From Octopus sinensis (taxonomy: Eukaryota), in NCBI RefSeq assembly GCF_006345805.1, contig NC_042998.1:84196001-84260000 (forward strand): a stretch of 64,000 nucleotides of DNA. Direction: 5' to 3'. Of this stretch, positions 12,395-24,900 are shown piece by piece. Made by a program: the position numbers and the translations under genes. The notes beneath the pieces are model-generated. The model saw only the letters and a list, made by a program, of their open reading frames with translations. It did not search any database and was not told the DNA's origin. Positions within the stretch are counted from its first letter, which is position 1. Every line of letters starts with the position of its first letter.

Positions 12395-15300
12395 ATTATA
12401 TATATATATTGAACACAACACTTTTTTCTTTGGTGAAGTCCAGTACCGTGACAGGCTTGATAATTGTTGAGAGATTTCTCTCTGCAAGAAGCCAATGGTA
12501 GCCTTGTTAAACTCACAAATAAACAATATTTCTCCACCAATGTGGGCATTAAGAAGGGCATCCAGCTACAGAAACCATGCCAAATCAGATTGTAACCTGG
12601 TGCAGCTCCCCAGCTTACCAGTTTTCGGTCAAGCCATCTAACCCATGCCAGCATGGAAAACAGACATGAAATGATGATGATGATGATTACACACACACAC
12701 ACACACAAATACAGATATATATACACACGTCCAACAGGTTTCTTTTCGTTTCCATCTACCTAATTCACTCAGAAGGCTTTGATTGTTTGTTTGGCCCAGG
12801 CTGTAATAGAAAACAATTTTCCATTCCAAGGTGCTGCACAGTGAAACTGAATCTAAAACCACACAGTTGTAAAATAAAATTCTTAACCCCACAGCCATGC
12901 CTGCACCTGCAATTTATAATATCCTGCTTATTGCACTTCATTATTTGGATACAGCATGGTTGAATGGTGAAGAGATCCATTTTACAGTTACCCGGTCCCA
13001 GTTTCAGTCCTACTGTGGGGTATCATAGGTGTATCTCTTTTACTATTGTGTCAAGTCCACCCATAATATGTGAATAAATCTGAGTAAATGAAAACTATAT
13101 GGAAGCCTGTTGAATGGATTAAGTCTGTAACTTAGATGTACAGCCTTTCCACGCCCTGTATCACTCTAATTCTATCTGAGAGTTACAATAATGATACACG
13201 TCTGTGGAGTACTCAGTAACATACATACTACAATAAATTCATTATCCAGGGTCATCTTTGACTTTCAACCTGTCAGACGAAATAGTACCAGTTGTATAGT
13301 GGGGTCAATGTAATCAACTAGCCCCCTCCCTGAAAATTTCAGGCCTTGTACCTCTTGTAGAAAGGATTTTCACTTGGAAAGGGAAGTGCTCTCCCACCAG
13401 CAATTTTGTTAAAAGGTGGGTGAATGTTGCAAGAATGGTTCAAGTAAATGCACCTGTAGGTTGAAGGAGGACAATGTAAAAAGGGGGCACTTGCCCAAGT
13501 GGTCAGGGGGATTCTGGTTTTGCGGTGTCTCCCATGAGCAGCCCTAGGAAGTGCCCCTCTTTTGGGGAATTATTCATTGTTATAATTTCATTTTGTTTGT
13601 TTTTATACTTTCTACATATCTTTAATGTAATCCCATGTATTGTCCTATACCATAACTTAGTGTTTTCTGGTAAACTCTTAGTGATTAATAAAGAAAACAT
13701 TTTCCTTTTTTTTTGGTGGCAAGCTGGTTGAATCATTGGAACACCAGACTAAATGCTTACCAGCATTTCATCTGTCTTCACATTCTGAGTTCAAATTCTG
13801 CTGAGGTTGAACAAGTACCAGTTGAGCACTAGTGTTGGTTTGGTGCAGTTGACTAGCCTCCGACCCTATATTTTCAGACTTTGTGCCTATTGTAGAAAAA
13901 ATTATAAAATCAGTGAGCATTTAATTCCATTGAACAACCAAGTCCCCTTCATCAAAGCTAACAGAGATCCATTTTTAATTTAGAATTCATTAAATAAAGT
14001 GTTTGATTTATTAGTTTCATGTTTTTCTTTTTTAATTTGAAGAACACAAACACATGATGTGTCAACTTCACTCAATTTACCTGTATTTTCAGCTGGCCCT
14101 TCTTTAGTATCACATTATCAATTCTCTATAACAGAAAAGTATTGATCTCACAATATTTAATATGATACCAAAGCTCATCTGTGGTAGTTTCCTTTTCTGT
14201 AAAGACTATTGAGTTAAACTCTGTTTAAAGAGTCATGTAATCCAGAACTGGCCTTCCCATAAGGCCAGCTCCAGCTTACATAACTCTCCTTAGACACACA
14301 CCTCATGTTCTGTATTATCTACAACATATCTTAATGTATAATCAGCAAAGTATAATCTGTCATATTTTTGTCAAAGTAGCACCACAATCTTCATGTTACA
14401 GCTTGCTTGCAATCTGAGATGTGGTGTGAGCATAATTAACATTAATCAGCTTTATATAAATAGAGATAGACTTGTGTTAGCTATACTTGTAGCAATTCTC
14501 TCCAATGTCCTTCCATTTTTGCTCAAATACTAATGACTACACTATCACTACTGGCTCTACATTAGGCATTTTCAGCCATATAGCGACAGGCATGGCTGTA
14601 TGGTTTTGGAGTTTGGTTCTTAACCGTATGGCTATATGTTCAATCCCACTGCATGTCGCATTGGACAAGTGTATTTTACCATAGCCTCAGGGTCCAAAGT
14701 CTTGTAAGTCGATTTGGTAGGTGGAAACTGAATGAAGCTCATCATTTTAATAAAGTGTGTGTGTGTTTATATCTCTCTCTTGACACTGTGTAATAGTTGT
14801 AAATGAGTGTAACTGTCATACAAGCAGTGTCATTTATTTCTAGTATTCTGTGAGAACACTTCTGGCCATGGGGAAAAATTCCCTTTCTTAGAAGCAGGTG
14901 AGGACTGGCAATGGAAGAGTGTCTCTGAAAATCTGCCTCAATAAACACTACCTGTCCTTTGTAAGGTCAGAAAATTGTTGTTAAAATGATGATGATTGAT
15001 AGATAGAAGATACCTAGTAATCCAGAAAATCGTTCAAATCTTGAACAGTTGTGATAGTGACTGTATTTAACCTGTTATTATATTCTTGTTGTGATACAAC
15101 TGTTTTTGATTCAATATTATTTGATAAAACAACTTTGACATTATTAGCTGGTGTTTGAAACATAAATTAACATTACAATGAGGTAGTTTTTGTGAAGTGT
15201 AACTTAAGAATGTAGTTGTATAAAGCCAGAGCAATGCAAGGAGGTACAAAGTAAACTACAAGATGAAAAGAAAACAAACAGTTGCAGTTTTACCTAGTAT

Positions 15301-18300
15301 TTCTATATTTCAAGGTGAAGACTGACTCAACTACATTCTTAAAATTAACATTACATTTTGATATATTTTAATTGAGATCACTTTAAACAGGAAGTTTGTG
15401 CCATAGAATCAGGGTTGATTAATTCTCTGTACTTCAACTCTATCCTGGCTACTATACAAGCTTACTTCCCTGATGCTTTGACTGTCAAGGATTCTGTTTT
15501 TATACAGTACCTTAATTTTGGCCTCTCTTTTTCATTTTAAAAAGCATTTCTGTATTAAAAACTTCTATAGATATTTCTTCAACTATTTCTGCTATGAGAA
15601 CCTGATTGTAGCATACAAAACTTAACTTGTTTATTTAATTTTGACCTCTATAGTATTGCTTCAAGAACTAAAAATAGGAAAAAAGCTGAAGGCAGAACTT
15701 CGATGGATACCCACCTGTATAGTGACTGATTCACTGATTTCACAGCACATTCATATATGATCCCAACTACTACTATATGTCTTTTATATCTTGTTTCAGT
15801 CATTGGACTACAGCAGGAATTGTTAAAGGGAGTATGAGGGACTCTCTAGGGGTCGGCAAGGAATTACAGGGGGTCAATGATGTCCAAGGGGTTGATGATA
15901 GCCAACGGGTTAAATGGGGGTTGGTGTGTGAAAGACCAGCTCACTCAGATGAACTGCTTGAAATACTTAGTCAGCGCAATGCTCATACCTCACATTGTTG
16001 TTGTCAATTTCAATAAAAGATATTCCAGCAATATGATGCGTTTTTCACATTTTCTAACCATGGAAACAATTTCATAAAAATTGCAAGTTTAATACTGTAT
16101 ACTTGTACATGTAGTTTTAAATGTAAAAAAAATGTGTCGTCTTCAATAGAATTTCTTAATTTGTCGTACATGTATATTTTAGCTAACATTTTAATTGCCA
16201 GTACATATTTAAGATATGGAATGGCAGGGTTGGGTATTAAGATATTTTAAATGAGGAGGGTGATTGCTGCAGAAGTAGAAGTGGCTAAAGGGGGGAGATG
16301 CAGAAGGAGAAATGGCTAAAGTGGGGTTGATGCAGAAGAAGTGGCCAAAAGAGGCAATGGTCGAAAAAGTTTAGCAAACCCTGGACTACAGCCATGTTGG
16401 GCCATTGCTTAGAAGGGCCTGGTACTTATTCTATAAGTCTCTGGGACAAAACACGCACACACTATCTCTTTCTCTCTCTCTCTCTCTCTCATATATCACA
16501 GTTTCCGTTTACCAAATTCACTCTCAAGGCATTGGTCATCCCAAAGCTTTATTTAAAGACACTTGTCTAAGGTGTTGCCCAGGTGCACATATGGTTGCAA
16601 TGCAATCTTTTTAACTACACAGCCATGGCTATACCTAATAAAGATCTATCAATCAAAATTCAAAACTAAGCTGTTTGATTTTATCCACAAATTTGTTTTT
16701 GTATTTGTGCCATTAGAAATATTATCTATGGTTCCACATCCTGGTTGAACCCAAATTCAATGTAGCACCAATTTTGATACAATTTTTCCCACTATTTTTA
16801 TTGATGCAACTGTAATTTCCTTTCTTTCACTTACCTCTTTTACCCTTTTGGCAATTAAGGGTTTTGTTTCATCAATAGCCACGGGTGTGGCTGTATAGTA
16901 AGAATTTTACTGCTCAGCCATATGGTTTTAGGTTCAGTCCCACAGCATGTCACTGTGGCAAGTGTCTTCTAGTGTAGCTCCAGACTGATCAATGCCTTTG
17001 GGTAGATTTAGTAGACAGAAAGGGGAAGAAGCCAGTTGGCTTCAGAAAGACCTTTGCTTATGCTAAGAGATGATGGGGTTAAAGTATGATAGAAGGGGCC
17101 AGAGTAGAACAGCTACTACTAAGTATAATAGAAGGGGCCAGAGTACAACAACTTTCTTGCTTAAAGGAGCAACATGGTTATTCACATTTTAGAAGAGTGG
17201 GAGTGGAGTTGGGAAGTGATGAGGTGTTTGAGTGGCCCCTCAAAATACAAGGCAAGTAGAAGTGAGAGGGAGAGAATATTTGTGGAGATTTTTATCAGCT
17301 TCAGTTACATATCCTCAAAAAGCGCCCCTAAAAATCCTTTGCTACACCAACATTCATCATATCATTAGTTCTTGCTGTAGTTGTTATTTCGTCCTTGAGA
17401 AAGATTCTTTGTGTCTGAAGCAACATTATACAAAACAAAAAAAAAACAAAGAAACAAAGAAAATCAATGAAAATATGTGCAGTCAAAAATAGCTTTGTTA
17501 TAAATTCTTTTGTCGTATAATAAATACTTGATCGACTTAGAAGCAGGTTATGTATGTGGTTATACTAAACTTGATTAAACGAGCCAAAAATAATTGGGTA
17601 GAAACACAATCATTTGGTTATTAATACAACTTCCCTGTACACTTTTTATCTTAAATTGTTCTATGATAAGACATCATCACTATTATCATTGTCATTATCA
17701 CCATGTTACATCCATTTCAAGAGAAAAGGCATGCAGTATACTCTCTAAAGTTAATAGTGTTAGAAAGGGCTTCCAGATATATAGAAACCAACCATGCCAA
17801 AGCTGACATTGGAACTCATGATAGTCTTACATCTCATCAGATCCTGCCAAATCGTCCAGTCCATGCTGGCATGGAGAATGGACATTAAATGATGATTCTC
17901 CATTCTTATATGGTTTAGAAGGTCCTTGTTATTTTGGACACAAAGCAACTAAGACAGGATTGTTTGTTGTTGTTTAACCCCAGGTCAGCCTTGTTCAAGC
18001 ATTTGAGCCATAACCATCTCATCTTATATGCAAGGAACCCATTGCAATGTTATCCAACGTCATTTTTTTAAGATAGCAAGATGTATTTTGAAGGAGATCT
18101 AGCTGTTGTTTTTAGCAGTTCTAGCAACCACATAGAGACACCATTATTAGCTTATTGTATTTTATCATAGATTATCCCATGTAAGAAACTCTAAAGAGCT
18201 CTTTCTAACCTGTATCATTTCTTATTCTGAGTCACTGCCCTCCTGGACAGTTTGCCTGCAATGCACCTAATGGAATCTACCCTTCTGTCACATTCTGGTT

Positions 18301-18495
18301 TTTGGCACATTTTCTGTAGCTGAGTGCTCTTCCTTTCGCTAACCATTTTACAAAGTGTACTGGGTTTATTTCAACATGCTACTGGCACTAGAGAGATAGC
18401 TATGTCAAAGAGGACTAAACGGTCCTCTTTACACTGCATCAGTTCATATTTGAAGAAACTGCCCTTTTAGATGAGTAGCCATGACATGGATTTAA

Positions 18496-18714
18496 CCCTC
18501 TCGATACCATTCCACCTGTGACCACCCTCGGTATTATTATACAAACTTCCTGTCATAAAGTGATCTAAATTAAAATCTTTCATCAAAATTTTATATTTAT
18601 ACTCCAAACACCAACTTGATAATAAAAAAATGTTAGTTTACTAAATTCATTATATTTTAAAAATTAATTTAAATGAAGGTGAAGTATTTTGTCAGAAATA
18701 TAATATTGAAAGGG
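18496..18714. mobile_element. piggyBac-like MITE (219 bp)
   Basis: TTAA|CCCT...AGGG|TTAG ends. Internally similar to 40165-40384. Confidence 0.6.
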
Positions 18715-18796
18715 TTAGCTTATAACTCACATACACACCACATACATTACAATGTAAAATAACTTTTATTTTTTGTTTTACTTTTGCAAAAACAGG

Positions 18797-18999
18797 ATGG
18801 AAGCAAAAAATTCCAACCAATTTCCATTCTACCGAAATCTTGAGCATCGCCGAACTAGTGCTGATATAATTCGAGATGCGAAAAAGACGCTACGGTCTTT
18901 ATCTACAAAGAGGCCTTTTACACCTCGAGATGAAAAACGAACTTTGTTTGGTGAGATGAGCAATCGCAGCCGGGAAGCTCGACCTGCTAGTACCTACAG
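18797..18999 (+). CDS. ARMC2: ARMC2 coding exon A (MEAKNSNQFPFY...RPASTY), phase 2 out
   Basis: Acceptor AG at 18794-18795, ATG at 18797, donor GTAATA at 19000. Confidence 0.9.
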
Positions 19000-21879
19000 G
19001 TAATATTGTTAGTCTAAATAGTTGCTGAAAAAAATGCCAATAGCTTTTTATTTTTTCAAAATTGGATCAAAGACGTTTTTTATTATTTTTATTTTTTTTT
19101 TGTTTGTTTGGCTTTTTGGGGTGGAGTTTCAATTTTTATGAATTTGTGATGCACTAAAGATTGAATAAAAAGAAATATACTGTCACACTTCACATGAAAA
19201 TTACAAAAACCTGTAAACCAATATATGCACTTAAAACAGCATTATATTACAATGATGTGTATATAATTTATGAAATATGAACAACCATAGAAAGCACTAA
19301 GGTTTTTATTTTTTTAATTTATTTTTTGTTTTTGGATGGCTGATAGGGTTGTGTCTCAGAGAATCTTCTCTTGTGAGACTTTGTGTGTTTAAAATATGGC
19401 TTGCCCTGAATGATGTCAGTGGACCATCAGACACTGATGTTTCAGCTTATGTGTCAGCTCCTCAGTGACAGGTAGTCCTTGGTTAGAACTTTCATTCCTA
19501 TATAGATAGTTTTTTTTATTCTTTCAGTCATTAGACTGCAGCCATTCTGAGGCACCACCTTGAAGAATTTTATCCAAACAAATTGACTCAGTACTTATTT
19601 TTCTTTTTTTCTTTTAAGTCTGGTGCATAGTCTATTGGTTCTATTTGGCCAAACCACTAAGTTACAAACATAAATGCACCAACACTGTTGTCAAGCAGTG
19701 GTGGGGGACAAATACACACACACACATGACAGGCTTCTTGTAATTTCCATCTATCAAATCCTCTCACAGGGCTTTGGTTAGCTGGATGCTATGGTAGAAG
19801 ACACTTGTCAAACAAGGTGTCATACATGCAATGCCAGAGCTGAATAATTAAGATAAAAGGACTGAAACAAAATTAGATAAAGGGACTAAAACAACAATAA
19901 AGGGGTTAGGAATCGCAACATTACACCTGTTAGTTTTGCCCTCTTCAAGATTCTAGAGTGAAACTGTGCCAGGGGATGGGTTTAACTTTTTGACTTTTGT
20001 ACATTTCCACCCCAGATTTGGGTCAGGAAGGTACAAGGGATAATTCAATTGCTTATACTTTATCTCCAGTGAAAATTGGCATTGTGCCTAGTTAAAAGAA
20101 ATTACTGTTTACACAAAGAAAGATAAATCATGTTTGTTTCTTTACCTTTCTCTTCTGGCAATAAATCATTCTCTCCTCTTGTCTTTTAATATCCATGTCT
20201 CTCCACTTGCTCTTCTCTCTCTCTATCATTATTGATATTCTGCTTTCTTTTACCTCTGTTTTTCATTGACACCTCTCTCTCTCTCTTCACTCTCTTTCTC
20301 TCTCTCTTCACTCTCTTTCTCTCTCTCTTCACTCTCTTTCTCTCTCTCTTCACTCTCTTTCTCTCTCTCTTCACTCTCTTTTTCTCTCTCTCTTTCTCTC
20401 TCTACTCTCTTTCTCTCTCTCCACTCTCTTTCTCTCTCTCTCTCTCTTTCTCTCTCTCCCCACTCTCTTTCTCTCTCTCTCTCTCCACTTTCTCTCACTC
20501 TCTCTCTTTCTGTCTCCACTCTCTCTCTCCCCACTCTCTTTCTCTATCTCTCTACTCTCTTTCTCTCTCTCTCCACTCTCTTTCTCTCTCTCTACTCTCT
20601 TTCTCTCTCTCTACTCTCTTTCTCTCTCTCTACTCTCTTTCTCTCTCTCTACTCTCTTTCTCTCTCTCCACTCTCTTTCTCTCTCTCCACTGTCTTTCTC
20701 TCTCTATCCACTCTCTTTCTCTCTCTCTCTCACTCTCTTTCTCTCTCTCTCTCCACTCTCTTTCTCTCTCTCTCTCCACTCTCTTCTCTCTCTATCTCTC
20801 CACTCTCTTTCTCTCTCTATCTCTCCACTCTCTTTCTCTCTCTATCTCTCCACTCTCTTTCTCTCTCTATCTCTCCACTCTCTTTCTCTCTCTAAAAAGT
20901 CCCTGGCCTGGCAATGTTACAGAGGAGCTTTACCGGTTCGAGATAAGCTCTTTAGACATGGGTGTGCACCTTCGCCGGTTTGTGCAAGATGTAAGAGGGA
21001 CAGTGAAACTGTCCTGCACGCGATTGTGCAATGCCCCAAGGTGACTGAACTCTGGACTTGTCGAACACCTGCTGTCGCATTCGAGAAGAGTACAACTGTC
21101 GAGCGAATCTGTAATTAAGATAGTTCCGCCGACCTTCCTGAATAGGGAGGAGCGAGTCAGTTTTCTTTCGGTAGTTGCTATGGCGAAATAAGTAGTGTGG
21201 AAGACGAGAGTAAAAGGAATTGCAACAGGCATGTTTATCTCCAGTCTCGAGCTAATCGACTTTTTCGTTTTCCACATGAAACGGAAAATAAGGCTGGAGA
21301 AGAAATGCCTGTCGCAAAGTGTGTTTCGTAAAAGATGGAAGTCTATAACAAGTATGTTGCGAGTGAAAGAACCTGTTTAATCGAGAATGTAAAAAAGGAG
21401 AAAGCAAAGTCTTCAGTGTGAGTATGTGGTTTGTGGGGTCGACCGCGTCCTCCGCTTCATTTTTTGTTAATCACTCATTCTCATTTAATTGTATATATTT
21501 TAATTGTTTGTTTATTCATATGTTTCGTCTCATTCGATACCCTGACCCCCAACGTTTGTTTAGTCCCCTCTTTTTCTCAACCTTATGGTGAATAAAGAAA
21601 TACTCTCTTTCTCTCTCTCCCTCTCCACTCTCTTTCTCTCTCTCCCTCTCCCTCTTCCTCTCTTCACTCTCTCTCCCCCTCTTCACTCTCTTTTTCTCTC
21701 CTTTTCTCATTACCTTTTCTCACCAATTTACTTCTCCCATCTTTATTATGTACCTCACTAATTTTAGGTTTCTCCCTTATTGGAGAAACCTTCTTCACAC
21801 TATCTGCCCCTCTCCCTCTCCCCCTCAAAATCTTTGTTTTTTTTGTTTCTCTCTTTCACTCATGACCTCTGTGATATAT

Positions 21880-21939
<60 letters not shown>

Positions 21940-24900
21940 CCTAATTTGTCTCTCCAGCTTGCTTTCAACCACAGAAGATTGAAACACAATCAAACACTTT
22001 TCTCTGCAACAAATGAAAAAGAAAATAAAACAAATACAAACCAGAGTGGTGATATAATTTATTGCAATTTGCTGTTGCTGCCTGTAATGCAGAGGAGAGC
22101 AAAATAAACAAATACATGAGCCTGATCAGCTGCTATCAGTTTGTTCCAGTCACTGTTGTTGAGACCTCAGGTATTGTTGGAACCCTGCATTGCTGATTTC
22201 CTCCACAGAATCGGGATAATTGAGGCTCATCTGAGAAATGAGCCCCGCAAGGTAGGGTGGCGACAGCCACCAGCCACCCTATCCTACGGGGCTGGTCAAT
22301 GTTTATTCTCTGCAGCAACACCTTTGCAATCACATCTGCAAGACATGGCACAACCCATTACTCCCTCCCCCACCATCTTCTGTTGCTTAATACACCTCTC
22401 ATTTTTTTTTCTTTTTCTTTGTTTCCTTGGTAAGATAGCTATGGGAAAGATAGCTTTCTTTTCTTCCAGTAATATTTTGTTAATTAGTATTAATGTAATT
22501 TATTATTTATATTGTCTTTTTAAGTATCGGCTCCCGTCATTTTGAAGGCTGGGAATCTCGGCCAGTCTCTGGAACCAGACTCTCTCCCATCAACAATGTA
22601 AGTAAAACAAGAACAAATTATTATTTAAATGTTTTTTCTTGCATTGCCAGAAAATATCACAAGTTTTTAATTTTTTAAATTTTATATCAACAATAAATAA
22701 TTTATTCGATTGAAGTGATCAATTTCTTAATTAAACAATGATAAAGCCACATCCCTCAATACTACACCCCACCCCTCATTTGAAGGGTCTTGTTACTTGG
22801 GGATCTCAGGTTGCTGGTGCCATGTAAAAAGCACCCAGTATACTCTGTGAAGTGGTTAGTGTTAGAAAGGGCATCCAACAGTGGGAAACAATCTGAAGCA
22901 AATGTTGGAGCTTGATGCCGCCCCCTGGTTCAGTGGCACTTGTCAAACCATCCAACCCATGCTAGTATGGAAAACAGATGTTAAACAATGGTGATGATGA
23001 TGATGGCGGTGATGTTGATGATTAAATTAAATAAGATCCCTAGGTAGAAATATCTCATTTATAAACAAAAGAGGGGAAGGGAGTTGTCTGATATATATGT
23101 GGATGTTTGTACATCTCCTTGTCTTGAATCTTGTTTTTTCTTGCATTGCCAGAAAATATCACAAGTTTTTTTAATTTTTTTTAATTTTATATCAACAATA
23201 AATAATTTATTCGATTGAACTGATCAATTTCTTAATTAAACAATGATAAAGCCACATCCCTCAATACTACACCCCACCCCTCATTTGAGGGGTCTTATCT
23301 TCTGAGTTACTTGGGGACCTCAGGTTGCTGGTGCCATTGTAAAGAAGTGTCATCATCACACAAGTGGTGCCCTTTGTTTTCAATTTTCCATGAGAAACAT
23401 GTCTGGCCACAAGTAAATATCATTTTGCTTGAATACAGATGAGGGTTGGTGACAAGAAGAGCATCCATCCATTGAAAATCTGCCTCGACATATTCCGTCT
23501 GGTGCATGCAATCTTGGAAAAGTAGTCATTAAAGTTATGATAATGATGTACCTATTGATTTATAACTCAGGTCATAAATTTGTTATGAGTAAAATAGTTG
23601 ATTGTATCGACACCACTACTTGACCAGCAGCTACATATAGAATGTTCAGAATATTAGAATAATGGTGTGTGTGTGATTTATGTAATTTACTTGCTGGGTC
23701 TAGAGAAAAGAGCAGTGCCCAAAATAGCCTTTGCAGGTCATCATAGACCAGTGGGATTGACGCCATAAATGTTCTTTATAAATCTTAGTAAATCAACACA
23801 TGCAAGAAAGATATGAGCTAGGCAGGAAGCTCAAAGGAGCAGCATTCCAGGGAGGCAGGCCTGAATATAGCGATTAGTGTGGGACCTGGTAGGTTAGACA
23901 CAACAAGGGTGATGATGAGAGATGAATAGGATGGGAATGCCTAAGTGAGAGTCTGAGCTCAGCCAGCTCTAAGAGACAGAGTCAATTATAGTTGCAGTAA
24001 AGCATTCAGAGAGGAGACAGCATATCTGTTGTTTAGAGGCTAGTTCAAGTCTTTGAGTGACTTCATGCTGATCACTTGGCTGGCCCTTTTCTGGATGCAG
24101 TCTGAAATGGTTGTGCATGCATGAGCAGCACCATCTCAAATGTGAAATCAATGCTCCATTGTGGGCCACATCTGAGCTTTATAGAGTATCAATAATTATT
24201 GAGGGGGTTACCTCCTGGCTCTGAAAAGAAGGACCAGCTGCTGGGATGCAGTCCTATTTCTTTTAAGGATGTGCTTTTGTCCAGAGAGATCGTTGATTAT
24301 AGCTCAGTATCACTCAAATTATGAGTTTACGGGCTTTAGCCAAGTGCTACTCATGATTACGGTGGAGTGTGCTGTGATGATATTTTTTGATAATATATCA
24401 CAGTATCAACCAAACCACCAGATGTTATACACCACTGGTCACAATACACTTCCAATTCTGTCTTGATTGCACCATTCTTTCATATGTTGACCCAAATTGC
24501 TTAACTAGATCATTTCTCCATCATTGCGGAGGCCTTTTCCAATCTGTTGGATACCACTCAGTCAGGGCTGGATTAAAACCAGAGAGGTCCTAAACACTCA
24601 AAAGATTTTGGTGCCTCCATATAGAATTCAAAATGTAAGCAATAATAAACCATTTCATGCCAGTGGAACGTTAAAAGCACATCCGAGTGTGACCGCTGCC
24701 AGGGCCACAGATTGGCTCCCATGCTGGTGATACGTAAAATGCACCATTCAAGCATGATCGTTGCCAACATCGCCTTACTGGCACATGTGCAGGTGCCACG
24801 TGAAAACAACATTCAAGCGTGGTTGTTGCTAGTGCTGCTGGACTGGCTCCCATTCAGGTAGCATGTAAAAACACCTTTTGAGTGTGAGCATGGTCATTAC

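Noticed and set aside
20186-21044. Long ORFs (270 aa, 209 aa, ER-rich)
   Set aside because: Translations of the CT minisatellite. The same applies to the many YI/CV/HT-repeat ORFs elsewhere, which come from (TA)n, (TG)n and (CA)n.
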